Source: Azolla caroliniana (taxonomy: Eukaryota > Plantae > Polypodiophyta). Taken from it: 64,000 bases of DNA. The notes under the pieces are model-generated. The model searched no databases and had not been told where the DNA came from. It saw nothing but the letters and a program-made list of their open reading frames with translations. Shown in pieces: positions 11,378 through 23,122 of the stretch (position 1 is the first letter of the stretch; every line of letters begins with the position of its first letter). The stretch covers positions 21,638,001-21,702,000 of the forward strand of contig JBHGNT010000002.1 in NCBI GenBank assembly GCA_043228905.1. Reading direction: 5' to 3'. A program made the position numbers and the translations under genes.

Positions 11378-14300
11378 AACTGGAGCTTCACGCGGTCGAT
11401 TTCACCTAGGTCAACGCCGGTGATGACCAAGTCATCAACATATAGTAAAATACTAACCGGTTTGAGTCGACCTTTTCGGATGAACAGGGAAGAGTCCGAT
11501 TTTGACGTGACAAAGCCCATCCGACGCAGTTGTTGCGTGATCTTCACGTTCCAGGCACGCGGGGCTTGCTTCAGTCCGTAAAGGGACTTCTTCAGTTGGC
11601 ATACTGCCGAGGAGTTCGTTCCAGAGTGAAATCCGGGGGGTTGTACCATGTACACCTGTTCCTCAAGGTCACCTTGCAGGAACGCATTCTTTACATCCAT
11701 CTGATGTAAGTGCCACCCCTTCACTGTAGCTACTGCGAGCAAAACACGGACGATCATCATTTTCGCGACCGGCGCAAACGTCTCATCGTAGTCGATGCCG
11801 TGTTTCTGCGCGTAGCCCTTTGCCACTAGCCGAGCCTTGTACCAGTTGACCGAGCCATCGGTGTTGTACTTGACCTTGTACACCCACCTACACCCGATCG
11901 GTTTTACTCCTGTTGGTGCATCAACCAGGTCCCAGGTCTCGTTCCTCCATCGCGGCACGCCAATTCGCGTCTTTAGCCGCTTCTGCGTAGCTCTCCGGCT
12001 CACGCACTTCCGCTACACGGGTCATGTATGCATGCGCCATGTACTCGTTGTATCCAAACCACAGAACAGGATTCTTGTGGCGGGTAGATCAGCGTAATCT
12101 CACATTAGCCGATGTCGAGGCCTTCTCATTCGACGCGGACTTCACCTTAAAAAGACCCGTCACCGGTTCCCTCGGAGTCGGACTCGCGTCGGTCTGACTC
12201 GTTCCTATCTGTGCCGGAATCCGACACCTTCTTCTTCCCTTTCTATTTACGCGTAAGCCGTCTCCTCGGCTTCCTGCACGGGGAATGCATGGCTGAATCT
12301 CCACTACTCGCCGGCTCTTCATCGGACTGGTCGTACCGACTCAATCGTCCAATCGGTCCACTTAAACGGAGCGAAATTGGACTCTCTTCGCGGGTCTCGA
12401 TTTCGGGCTCATCCGGAGGCATCTCGGCCTCGTTGACCCGCAAAGAGAGTCCAATTTCTCGGCCTTTGCGTCCAGCTTCCTCCTTTTCTCCTTCGGTACA
12501 TGCACATACGCAATGCTACCGAACACCCTCAAGTGTCGCAAGTTCGGCTTCGTTCCGAAATATAGCTCGTGCGCCGACACTTTGTCTCCGATCCGGTTCT
12601 AGATGTATACCGGGGTCCTTACCGCCTCGGCCCAGTAGAACTTGGGCAAGCTCTTCTCCTCCAGCATTGCCCATGCCGCTTCCACAACTGACCGATTCTT
12701 CCTCTTGGCCACGCCGTTCTGCTCTAGCGTGTATCTACAACTGAATTCGCGCCGAATTCCCATTTGTTGTAGATAACCGTTGAATTGACCGAAAAAGTAC
12801 TCTTTCCCGCCATCCAACCGCAGGCACTTGATCTTCCATCCTGTTTCCGTTTCCATGAACCCTTTGAGGTTCCGGAAACAGTCGAAGACTTCGCTCTTCC
12901 TTTCAATGAGGTAGATCCACGTGTGCCACGTGTGGTCGTCGATGAAGGAGACGAAATATCGGCTCCCGCCAAGACTAATGTTTTGTGCCGGCCCCCATAC
13001 ATCGGAGTGTATAAGGTCGAGCTTGTTCCGGCTCCGGTTTCGCTCGTTGGGGAAAGGAAGTCGGTGTTACTTCCCGAGCTGGCAGGCTTCACAAATTGGT
13101 GCCTTTCGGCCACTAAATTTGGGCAATCTGAACACTACCTGTTTCGATTGCATATCTTGAAGCCGCTGGTAGTTGACGTGGCCTATCCGCTTGTGCCACA
13201 AGTCGATGTCCGACTCGGATTTTTGTCCCTTCGCGAACATTGCGGTGCCGCCGTCAGTGGAATCGAGGATGAACATCCTCCCGTCTCTGCGCCCTTGTGC
13301 AATCACACGGCCTTCTTCCTCAATGAAGCACCCGAGGTGTGTAAACCGAACCTCCATCCCTTGGTCGACGATCTGTCCGACCGAGACCAAGTTCTTCGTG
13401 ATTGTCGGAACGTGCAACACGTTCATGAGTTTCCCTTTCTGCCCGACATGGCTAAGGGGAACTTCTCCGACATTCGCGATTGGATGCGGACTGTCATCTC
13501 CAGTTGCGACTACTCCAGGTTGTATCGTTTTTTCAAGGTACGAGAACCACTCCTTATGGCTCACCATGTGGTTCGATGCGCCGGAGTCTACGTACCACAC
13601 CTCGTCCGATCTCGAGGTGGTCCGTTTCATTGAGTTTGCTTTGTGTGTCGTCACGAAGGCAGACCCTTCTCCGGCTCTTCCGGAGTCTTTGGCGTAGTGC
13701 GATCGCTGCCGATTTCCCTTGTCGGTATGTCCAGAGCCGTTTCCGGAACCGGTTCTCTCCGAATCGGCGCGCTTCTTCCAACACTCACTTTCCCTGTGGC
13801 CTTTCTTACCACAGTACCATCACTCCGCGATGACCTTCCCTTGCCGGTTGTCATCGCTTCGACTCCCCCTGTTTCCGGAGGGTCCGAAGTTGTTGTCGGC
13901 ATCACTTCGGTGCATTCTTCCTTGATCTTGTCGGCCGCCTCCGTTGCGCGCCGACTCGCATCGTCCTCCACATCCATGGGGCCTATCTCCCTTCGTGTAC
14001 AACATTCTATTGTCGGTGTGCGTGCTTGTAGACGCACCCACGTGGTTCTCCTCTACCAGGAGCATTGACTGTAAGTCGAAAAAGGACGACGTATTCTCCC
14101 GGGTACACACAACCGTTCGGAACGCTCTGAACTTCGACGCCAAACCTCTGAGACAGATCTGGACCATCTCGCTCTCCTCGATGTTCACCTCTATGGAGGC
14201 GAGGGAGTCGCAGATATCCTTGATCTTCGAGGTATAGTCCGCCACCGACAAGTCGCGTTGTCGTAGGTTGCTCAACTCCTGTCGGAGCTGAAGCTTCCTG

Positions 14301-15134
14301 GTTGTGGTGCTCGCGGCGAAAATCTTCTTCAGATTTTCCCACGCACCCTTCGGCGTCTTTGCATCCCGAACATAGCTCAGTAGTTGTTCACCCACACACG
14401 ATGCAAAGAAATATAATACCCTGCTCGCCGATTGCTCCCACGACGGGAAGTCTCTGTGTGTCGATTCGGGTGCCGCGTCATTAGCTCCTTCGACATAACT
14501 CCAGTAGCCGTGCCCGAGCATGTACTGGTGCATCTTGTAGGACCAAGACGCGTAGTTGGTTCTGTCGAGCTTCTCTGTTGGAAGCGAGCTCACCATGCCT
14601 CTATCCATCGTTCTTCTTGTTCTTCTTCGTCAAGCTGTGTCGGCTGCAGAGAGGTTCTCAACCCTCGTGCTCTGATACCATGTAAAAAATAACTTGCGGA
14701 AGCAAGTATGAAAACCGAATAGAAGGAAGAAAACTCAGGTTTAATGGAGAGCTTGAGCTCACACAGTATACGCAGGAGAGACAGAGAGAGTGAGAGAGGA
14801 AAAACAAGAAGTATATTCAAAAAGTTACTCAATCTCTATTCACCACACTCTATACATATGTGTGTTCAATGAACACTTTTATACAAGTCCTAGAAGGACT
14901 GACCGAAGTACTGACAGTACTTCAATGCTCATTAAGAGCTCCTACACTAACTCCCAAATATATTCCTCACGGAATATCTTTCCTAACGGCCTCCCGGTTT
15001 ACGCACCGATCCGGCCCTACCTACCTACTGGTCTGCGTACCGGTTTACGCATTCGGCCTAACCGATCGGTCCCAACCGATCCGGTCCTCGGCTTCTTCAG
15101 CCGATTTGGCCGATGTTGAGCTTGTCTCTCAACA
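11378..15134 (-). mobile_element. Copia family C element, 3'-truncated: 5' LTR 14681-15134, PBS-Met 14669-14680, then gag, protease, integrase and RT fragments
   Basis: KLDRTNYASWSYKMHQY, WYVDSGASNHM, LWHKRIGHVN, DGGKEY, KARLVAKGY, LYVDDL. Confidence 0.92.
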
Positions 15135-17010
15135 GTTTCCATATCCACCCGTCCCACATGAAGAATCGGTACGCCTTCCTCTGTATCTGGCTCGCCTCCG
15201 CTCTCGCCCATGCTTCGTCCGGCATCATCGTCCGTAGGAACCTCCCGATTTGGAGCCACTCCCCGTCGTACCTGCTTTCGTCAAATTCGTTAAGTGCCGG
15301 AGTGTTCCCTTTCCTTCTTGTCGTTACGTTAGCCGACCCGAAGAAGTCCTCGCCGACTTCTTCGTCTTTCGAAACCATGCCGTCTTCGTCGTTGAACCTT
15401 GCCCTCGAAAGCATGTCGGCCATCGCGTTGTCCTTTCCGGAGATGTGCCGTATCTCCGGGTTCAGGGACTTAATGTACGCTATCCACCGGAGCATTGCTA
15501 GGTCCGGCGTCGCGCATCTGGAAACCATGCCAAGTATCAGCAAGCAGTCCGTCTCGATAATCACCTCCATCCCGATCAGATATTCCTTGTCGGCCTTGAT
15601 TGCCGAAACGACACCCCAAAGTTCGCGCTTAACTTGGGCGTACCCTCGCTGCCGCTCACTCAATACCTTCGCCCCGAACCGGATCGGGAATCATATGCCG
15701 CCCTTGTCCTCTTGACTGATTACCCACCCGATTCCGGTCGGGCTGGTGTCCACCGTTACGCAGATGCGAACATCCTTGTCGTAAACCGCTTTACGGAGAG
15801 CCGGTGCTGCCATAAGCGCCTCCTTTAGTCTCCGAGCAGACTCCGTGTGCTGCGTCCTCCACCCGAAGCTACGCCCCTTCAATAGTCCGTAGAGGGGTTC
15901 CGCGACATGTGCGTAGTGCGGGATCCAGATGTAGTACAATGCGCATGCCCCCAACAATCTGCGGACCTCCGTGACCGACCCGCAAACATTCCTCATCGCG
16001 GAGATGGCCTCTACCTTTGCCCGAGACGGTTTCCCACCGTAAGGCCCGCACAGGTGTCCGACCACCAAGATCTCCGATTGTCTGAAGCCCGACTTTTCCC
16101 TGTAGAAGGTGAGCATCGCGCGCTCTAGTCCCTGCAGCACCTTCTCGCAGTCATCGATGTGGGACGCCACGAAATTCCGACACCTGTCCAGCCCGATGGC
16201 CTGGTCCCTTTTCTCCACCGAGCATCCCTTGATCGGGATGTCGTCTAAGAACGGCATGGTGATGTCCGGGATACAATCCCTGAGCACTTTGTTCATCGCG
16301 TTCACCATGTGAGCCACTGAGTTCGTCCCTCCTTGTGGCAGGGTACACATCCGCACTAGGCCGAGAGGAGTCCACATCGTCGTAATGTCTCTGCTCTCCA
16401 CGGCTAGTTGGAACTGATTGTACCCTGAGTACAGATCACCGACAGAATAGATTGACCTTCCAGCGAAGGCCTCCGCGAACTCGTCTATGGTTGGTCTGAT
16501 CCCTGCATTACGGATGGTCACTATGTTGACCGGTTGTAGGTCCTGGATGAAGTGCAGCGTGCCGTTCTTCTTCGGCACCGTAAACCACCAATTTGAATAC
16601 GGGGCACTCGACGGTTCGAGGATGCCTATCTCCACCTTTTGCTTTAGGAGCTCCATCAACTTCGGGATGTGAGCTCTTGGCACTGGAATCGGCTTGACAT
16701 TCCACGGTACATGCGGTACCGTGAAGATCACCATCGGTTCGACAACTGTCGGGTCTACGCACCCGATCTCCTCCGGTGAGAATGCGAAAGCCTTCCCGTG
16801 CATTCCGAGCATTCTCCGAAGACAGTCCTCCTCCACCGGCAGTAGGAAGCCGCCCCCACCGACCTTGAGCTCCCGTAGCGTTATGTCGGTGAACCGGTGC
16901 CGTAAACTTGGGTTCGACGCGACCCCTTTTATCCGCTCCTCGCTGCCCTCCAGCAAGGGTCCCGCGACTGGCCTCACCATCCGGTCCACAGTCTTGTATT
17001 TCCGACCCAA
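15135..17010 (-). pseudogene. Gypsy pol: RT, RNase H and integrase start
   Basis: DLYSGYNQF, LPQGGTNSVAH, PFLDD, VTVDTSPTGIGW, KRELWG, ADMLSR; a frameshift at about 15690 and small deletions. Confidence 0.92.
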
Positions 17011-17429
17011 TCCTTTCCCCGAAGTCTGCGATGACTTCGTATATTCCCATTGACCCTACCGGAACGGTCCAGTCTTCCCTAAGGTCTTCACCGATCACCT
17101 TTCGTAGTTCGCCCAAGGTGTCGTCGAAAGAGACCACCTCCGCTGCGCCGCTGATGTCCTTGTCGGGGAGGAGGACTCTGCATTCCCTGAGCCGCTCCTC
17201 CGCTCGCTTTCTCTCCCTGCCGCTGATGTTGGTTATAGTACAACCTCCGCTGTCGGTGAACCAAAATTTCCTACCTATGGTACAAGTCTTCTTCCGTACT
17301 GTACATTTGTGGGGTTCTTCCCGGGTTTCCGGACTATCGCGGCCCCACGGCTTGACAGCCCTCTCTAAAAATCCCCTCGGGTTTCGCTACCGAGGGCCTC
17401 GTGGTTACGCTCGTGGTTTGGTCGCACTG

Positions 17430-18797
17430 TTAGGAACTGGACCGAGTGACGCCCATCCTGGCTCTTGACTCTTGCATAGCCTGAACCGTTGTCCAGCACC
17501 TTGGTCTCCATCCGTGCCGCCGTGATATATGGCTCAACCGAAACCCCACCTGCTTCTTTCCGTCTGGTGCGCCCGGGTTGCCGGCACCGATCGATTTCGG
17601 TCCGAACCGGGTCTCATACCTCGGGGGCCCCACCCCTCTGGCCTTTCCTGCCCGTTTGTCCTCCACCAGAACCTCGTAGTTCTGGCAAGTGGCTTCTACG
17701 AAGCCCGTTTTCTCTTCCACCGGATCGTCCCAACCTGTGATCTCCTGGACCCGTTGTTCCGCGCAGTCCGCCTCTTCGTTCCTCAGCCGAACTCCGGAGA
17801 GGCCTTCAAGCAGTAGCGGCCAGAATCCGGAGTCCATAGCCTTCCGGGTCTCATCACCCCCGACCCGAATTCTTGCCGACACTAAGTAGTTAACGTCTTC
17901 GACGTGCCGTGCCGCAGCCTCTTCCATCAACCTCTTCATTCCGTCGCGCCCCGTATTCAGTTCTAGGGCTCTCCGGGTCTCGCTCGCGTGCACCCGCCCG
18001 TTCCAGAGATACACCACGTTGGTCCTGAGCGCGTCGGCGAAATCCGCGCAGTCCTTTTGAATGGGACCGATCGTGTCACACCATATGCACCGCTGCCCAG
18101 CCGGCGGCCTCCGGTCGCGAGGTTGTTCACTGCCGTCTCTTCGGGCCTGTGCGATCTGGAGGTCGCGCACCATCTGTGTTAGCTCCTCCGGATGGGCCTC
18201 TGACCACATCGTTCGATGCCGACCCCGTTTTACCACGGCCCAGTCCGTCATGAGCCCTTTGTCTATTTCCAATAGGGGCCCCACCTTTTCCCTGTCGAGC
18301 GCATCCACCAACTTGAAAAATAGCAGTACTCGACTTGTTTCGAGCACCGTCCGGTCCAGCGTCGACAGCTGCGCGAGCCGTTTTTCGAACTCCTGGAGGA
18401 GCACCGACGTGTTCCTCCCTTTTCCGGGGCTTTCCACCCACGCCATGAAGTCCCGCCTCGACAACCGAAGCGAGTTGTCAAACCTGTACTTCTCGAGGAG
18501 CTGCAACTCGAACTCCTCCCAAGTTTGGCATCCGGCCAACACCTCGAGCACCTCCGCATGGATGCCCAACGTCACCACCCGAGGGAATCCGGATAGCCGC
18601 CTGTCCCCCAGGATATCCCTCATGATCATTTCGGCCCGGTAAGCCTCCAAATAACTTGTGGCGTCTTTCCCTCCGAAACGGCCTATAGAGCTGACGATCA
18701 ATTCAATGGCTCTATCGAGGGTACCCGTTCCCTCACGAGTGCTCACCAGCCGGTCGACAGCCACCGCCATTGCCTCTGCTAGCTCCGATCCCCTCAT
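17430..18797 (-). CDS. Gypsy gag, internally deleted; the distal part runs into protease remnants
   Basis: 455-aa ORF starting just after PBS-Trp, with RFGGKDATSYLEAY and CIWCD..H/P...DC. Confidence 0.85.
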   Translation of the reverse strand: MRGSELAEAMAVAVDRLVSTREGTGTLDRAIELIVSSIGRFGGKDATSYLEAYRAEMIMRDILGDRRLSGFPRVVTLGIHAEVLEVLAGCQTWEEFELQLLEKYRFDNSLRLSRRDFMAWVESPGKGRNTSVLLQEFEKRLAQLSTLDRTVLETSRVLLFFKLVDALDREKVGPLLEIDKGLMTDWAVVKRGRHRTMWSEAHPEELTQMVRDLQIAQARRDGSEQPRDRRPPAGQRCIWCDTIGPIQKDCADFADALRTNVVYLWNGRVHASETRRALELNTGRDGMKRLMEEAAARHVEDVNYLVSARIRVGGDETRKAMDSGFWPLLLEGLSGVRLRNEEADCAEQRVQEITGWDDPVEEKTGFVEATCQNYEVLVEDKRAGKARGVGPPRYETRFGPKSIGAGNPGAPDGKKQVGFRLSHISRRHGWRPRCWTTVQAMQESRARMGVTRSSS

Positions 18798-18903
18798 CTT
18801 TCAACTCCTCTGCCGCCCTTTCACGTCGGGTTCACCAAAGATGTCACGTTGTTACGCGCGTACGTGTAGAAAAGGGCGGGACCATGGGGGTCTTGGACAG
18901 AGG

Positions 18904-18996
<93 letters not shown>

Positions 18997-19528
18997 GGAG
19001 AGAGAGATTCACCGACACGTAGAAGCGAGAAAGAGAGATATAGAACGTAACACTTAATTATAATGACAGAGATTACAAACACCGACAGTTACAACCGACA
19101 GAGCGGCGATGGACCTGACACGGGGACCCTACTCACGCACACCGACGATAGACACACGACTTCAAGAAAAAAAGGGGAAAAGGAGCGACTCTGCTGGAAG
19201 CACTCGGGTTGTCCACAAAGCAGAGGGAGCGACCTCCCGACACCCGCAGAGAGCGACGAAGAGAGACGAAGAGAGAAAGCTCCGCCTTCCCTTCTGCAAC
19301 CACGCTTCTTGGCCTCCTTGCCCCCCCCCGTTTTCCCTTGTCCTCTTCCCTTTATTCCCTGTCCCCCTTCCCGGGATACGCACAATTCCCTTCCTAATAG
19401 ATGCGTGCGGCTTCGTATTTACACCCACTGGTTCGTGTACAAAATGTCAAGTCACGCGTCCATCTGTGTAAGGGCCGGTTTACGCGCTTTCTCTCCGATT
19501 CCGCCTATGGCCGGTTTTCTTCACGACA

Positions 19529-19985
19529 CCGGGAGGGAACCGAGTAGGAGTAGCGCTAGTAACTCATCGGCGAGAGGTACTTCCAATGATGTTGCCTGGT
19601 GGATCGGCCCCTGGAAGGCATTCATGTGCTCCGCCATGCTAGAGCCATCTTGGTACCGGAGTCTTACTAGCTTCCGGAATACCGAAACCTGATTAACAAC
19701 ATTTTTGTTTTGAAACATAATGCCGATTTTCTACCAGAGCTCATGAGCCTTGCTCTCTTTATTGAAGTTGTTGTATAGGCTCATGTCGATGAAGCACCGT
19801 ATGTAAGCCGTTGTCTTCATGTGCATCACCTCCCATATCGTGGCGTCGATTTTGTCCGGTCTCTTGTCCCCAAACTGAACCGGCAACCAAAGATCTTTAA
19901 CCACGAGCATGTCCCTCATCTTCGACTTCCACACCGAATAGTTGGAGCCGGTGAGCTTGAACATGCCTCCCAACGAATCGTCCAT
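19529..19985 (-). pseudogene. Copia-B gag N-terminus
   Basis: MDDSLGGMFKLTGSNYSVWKSKM...LLLLGSLP with one stop. Confidence 0.88.
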
Positions 19986-20667
19986 TTTTTGTGTCGTTTT
20001 GCTCTGATACCACTTTCACAGGAACTAAACGCTCCCTTTGAACAATGCTCGGTCACAACCGAGCCTAGAATAAAACATAGAAAACAGGGAATGAAACACA
20101 ATACGATAGAGAGAAGAGTACACAGGATACTATCACTATGTCAGAATGTACAATAAGAAAGCACCGAGGCCACGACCTTGAGCTTGCTATCTTCGTCACA
20201 GGCGGCGGTTACAATCAGAGGCAACGACCTCTTCCTCTCTCTCTCTCTCTCTCTATACACAGTTGCACGCTCTAATCTTGCACCAACAAGAATGACAACA
20301 ACTATCCTCGTAAACAAAGTTTGCCCTAAGTCATATTTATACTAATATGACTTTTCAGCCATTTACAAATATAGCCCCGATGGACTCTCAGAAACATATT
20401 TACAAATATGTCCCTTCATCCGGTGAGCACTCCTCACTGGGCCTTCACCATCCGGCTCTTGCCGGGTACTCCTCATCCGGTTCTCACCGGGTCTTCCGTA
20501 GCCGGGTACTCCTCATCCGGCGCTTGCCGGGTACTCCACATCCGGAGGGACCTGTTTCCCAACACTCTCTGTGTGTTTCAAGCTTTCCATTAAACCTTAG
20601 TTCTGTTTTCCTGTTACTATTCAGTTGAGCCGGTTGTGTTTACAAGCTTCCACATGCTATCTTTACA

Positions 20668-22030
20668 GAGTTTCATTTTAGGAAATGCTCAAAAGACACC
20701 AAAAAGAATTTTCATTGTATCCAAACGAAATTGGATGTGTTGATCCAGGGTAATAGAATTGATGGCTATATTCACAATACCACATGTGTCGTGAAACCTG
20801 AAGCCGATACCAATCCCAAGAGTGCACATTCCAAAATTATTCAAGCTCTTGAAAGAAAAGGTCAAGATGGGAATTTCGGAACCATCAAATGCTCCTTACT
20901 CAAATAGGTGGTTCACGGTACCAAAGAAGAATGGAACCTTAAGGTGACGATCCACAATGCTGGAATTGGTCTAAGTATTGATGAGTTCGCAGAAGCATTG
21001 GTGGGAAGGTCCATTTATTCTATTGGTGATCTCTACTTAGGCTACGATCAGTTTCAACTAACAGTCGACATCAGAGTTATCACAACAATGAGGACCCCGA
21101 TAAGGTTAGTATGAATGTGCACCTCACCTCAAGGTGCAACCAAATTTGTAGCACACATGGCAAATGCGATGATATAAAGTACTTAAGAGATTGCATTCCC
21201 GAGATAACGATGTCATTATTGGATGACATACCAATCAAGGGTGATTTGGAAGAAGAAAAAGATGAATCAAAGGATAAGGCTAGGTGTTGAAGATTTGTAA
21301 TAGACCACATTAAAGATTTTGAGAAGGTATTGCAAAAACCTCACGCTACATGCAAACCTCATGCTTTCGGGAGGAAGCCCACATTTGGGCAACCGGAAGT
21401 GTGGGTAGTAGGACACTTGTGTGGAGCATATGGCCGGAAACCGTCTCCAACCAAAGTGAATGCTACACAAGAGGTGAAGGAAGAATGTATATCCTAGACC
21501 GAGATGGAAAGATTCTTGGGAGGTTGTGCCTTTTATCATATCTGGATTCCGCACTACGCTCATGTCACCGAGCCATCATATGGATTGTTGAAGAAAAAGA
21601 GGATGTTTGAAATGGCAAGAGGAGCATACAAATTCGATACAAAGATTGAAGAAACTACTACTTGAAGTTCCAACATTCCGAAAGGCCGACTATACTAAAT
21701 TAAATCTGATTTATGTGAACGTGGATACGAGAACAACCAGAATCAAATGGGTTATCAATAAAGAAAACAAAGAAAAAAATAGATATGTAATTCAATTCGG
21801 TGCAAAGGTGTTGAGCGATAGACAAAGGAAGTACGCTCAAGTAAAGAGGGAGTTGTGGGGAATCATATCAGTTGTAAAAGCCGACCATGATTATCTTATT
21901 GGAACGGAGGTCATAATCGAGATTTCCGGTTGCGCCATACCTGACATTGCTATGTTGCGATGAATTGCGTATATAAAGTCACTTAATCCAAAAATACGGC
22001 ATGTAGTAGGCAAGTATAATTTGGTGGCGG
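20668..22030 (+). pseudogene. Old AT-rich gypsy, piece 2: RT and RNase H, many stops
   Basis: IDEFAEAL.GRSIYSIGDLY, LLDDIP, QRKYAQVKRELWG. Confidence 0.85.
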
Positions 22031-22811
22031 TGTCGTGACGATTCGTCACTACGTGTGGATCATGAGGCGGAACCGCCAGGGTTCTGGACCAAAAGGATTC
22101 GAAGTTTGCACTAGCTTTAGTGAGAAAAGTATTTAAGATAGATTGAAAGAAAGGGATTGATGTGATGAAAGAGAGATATTGAGATAAAGATTCAACTTTT
22201 AACTTTTAGATTTAAGAGAGAAGATACATCAACAATAGGATTACAAGTTTCCTATTTTTCCCAAATTTTTCCATTCGTTTCATTTGCTTGATTCCTCCAC
22301 TCTTTTATAGATGCCCCTATACATATGGTGCATGTGAGGGTGCAAGACATGCACGTAATGCATAAAATGCATGCAATGCATGTTTTCCATGTTATCATCT
22401 AAGCTCTCATGTATGAGAATTTACATGTAAAAGTATAATGATAAAAATATAGCTTCTAAGGAAATGACTTGGCTCGTCGGCTCCGTCCCGTTCCGGTCGG
22501 CCAAAACCTTAACAAGTAGATGGGCCACACCCATTAATTCGATTAGTTTAGCTCAAGTCACCTTGAACATTCTATGATCCACTCATAAACACAAAGTAAT
22601 AGATGTTGGCCTTGCTTATATATTATGGGATCCTTATTTGTCCTGTCTATGTGGAATATCTCGAAGTTTTTTTTTTTTTCTTCTTCTTCTTCGCAAACTT
22701 TATACCCACATAACTTGCCACTTAGTTGTTTGTTTCTTATGTAGTAAAGTGTATTCAAAAGCTCTTGAAGACCTCCATCTTTGTGTACCAACATATCAAA
22801 CTAGTATAAAA

Positions 22812-23084
22812 TGACGTGAAATATGCGAAATAATCTCTGGCCAAAACCGAAGCGTAGATCACTTGATGACAATCAAACACAAAGGAAATGGGAATGGAGG
22901 TAAGTACACAAACAGAAAGAGAATACACATGATGTTAGCGTGGAAAACCCTGAGAGGGAAAAACCACGGGAGTCCACAGACTCCAAACTATCACTATGTC
23001 AAGAAGCACAACAGGGAGCACGGAGGCAACGATCTCTTGCTCACAATCTTTGCCTGGCGGCGATTACAATAGAGACATGCTCTG

Positions 23085-23122
<38 letters not shown>

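Larger units (their letters stand above)
11073..19528 (-). mobile_element. Trp-primed gypsy element nested in Copia-B gag: 5' LTR 18842-19528, truncated 3' LTR 11073-11377, 4-bp TSD CTGG/CCGG
   Basis: Paired LTR sequences and PBS-Trp at 18822-18837. The host copia frame GSLP|DSW rejoins across the insertion. Confidence 0.9.
8263..20564 (-). mobile_element. Copia family B (Tnt1/Tork-like) element: 5' LTR 20016-20564, PBS-Met 20001-20012, PPT 9267-9277, 3' LTR 8263-9266, TSD CTCTC
   Basis: Paired LTRs, a perfect 5-bp TSD, TGGTATCAGAGC, gag MDDSLGGMFKL and RT YVDDML. The integrase is deleted at about 10330. Confidence 0.92.
7884..20667 (+). mobile_element. Copia-C solo LTR split into 7884-8262 and 20565-20667 by nested insertions
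   Basis: The two halves join into one TGTTGAGC...TTTACA LTR resembling 6856-7278. The flanks AAGTC/GAGTT are a degenerate TSD. Confidence 0.78.

Noticed and set aside
18770-19082. ERERER / SLSLSL ORFs
   Set aside because: Translations of the (GA)n microsatellite inside the LTR; the same applies at 3250-3507.
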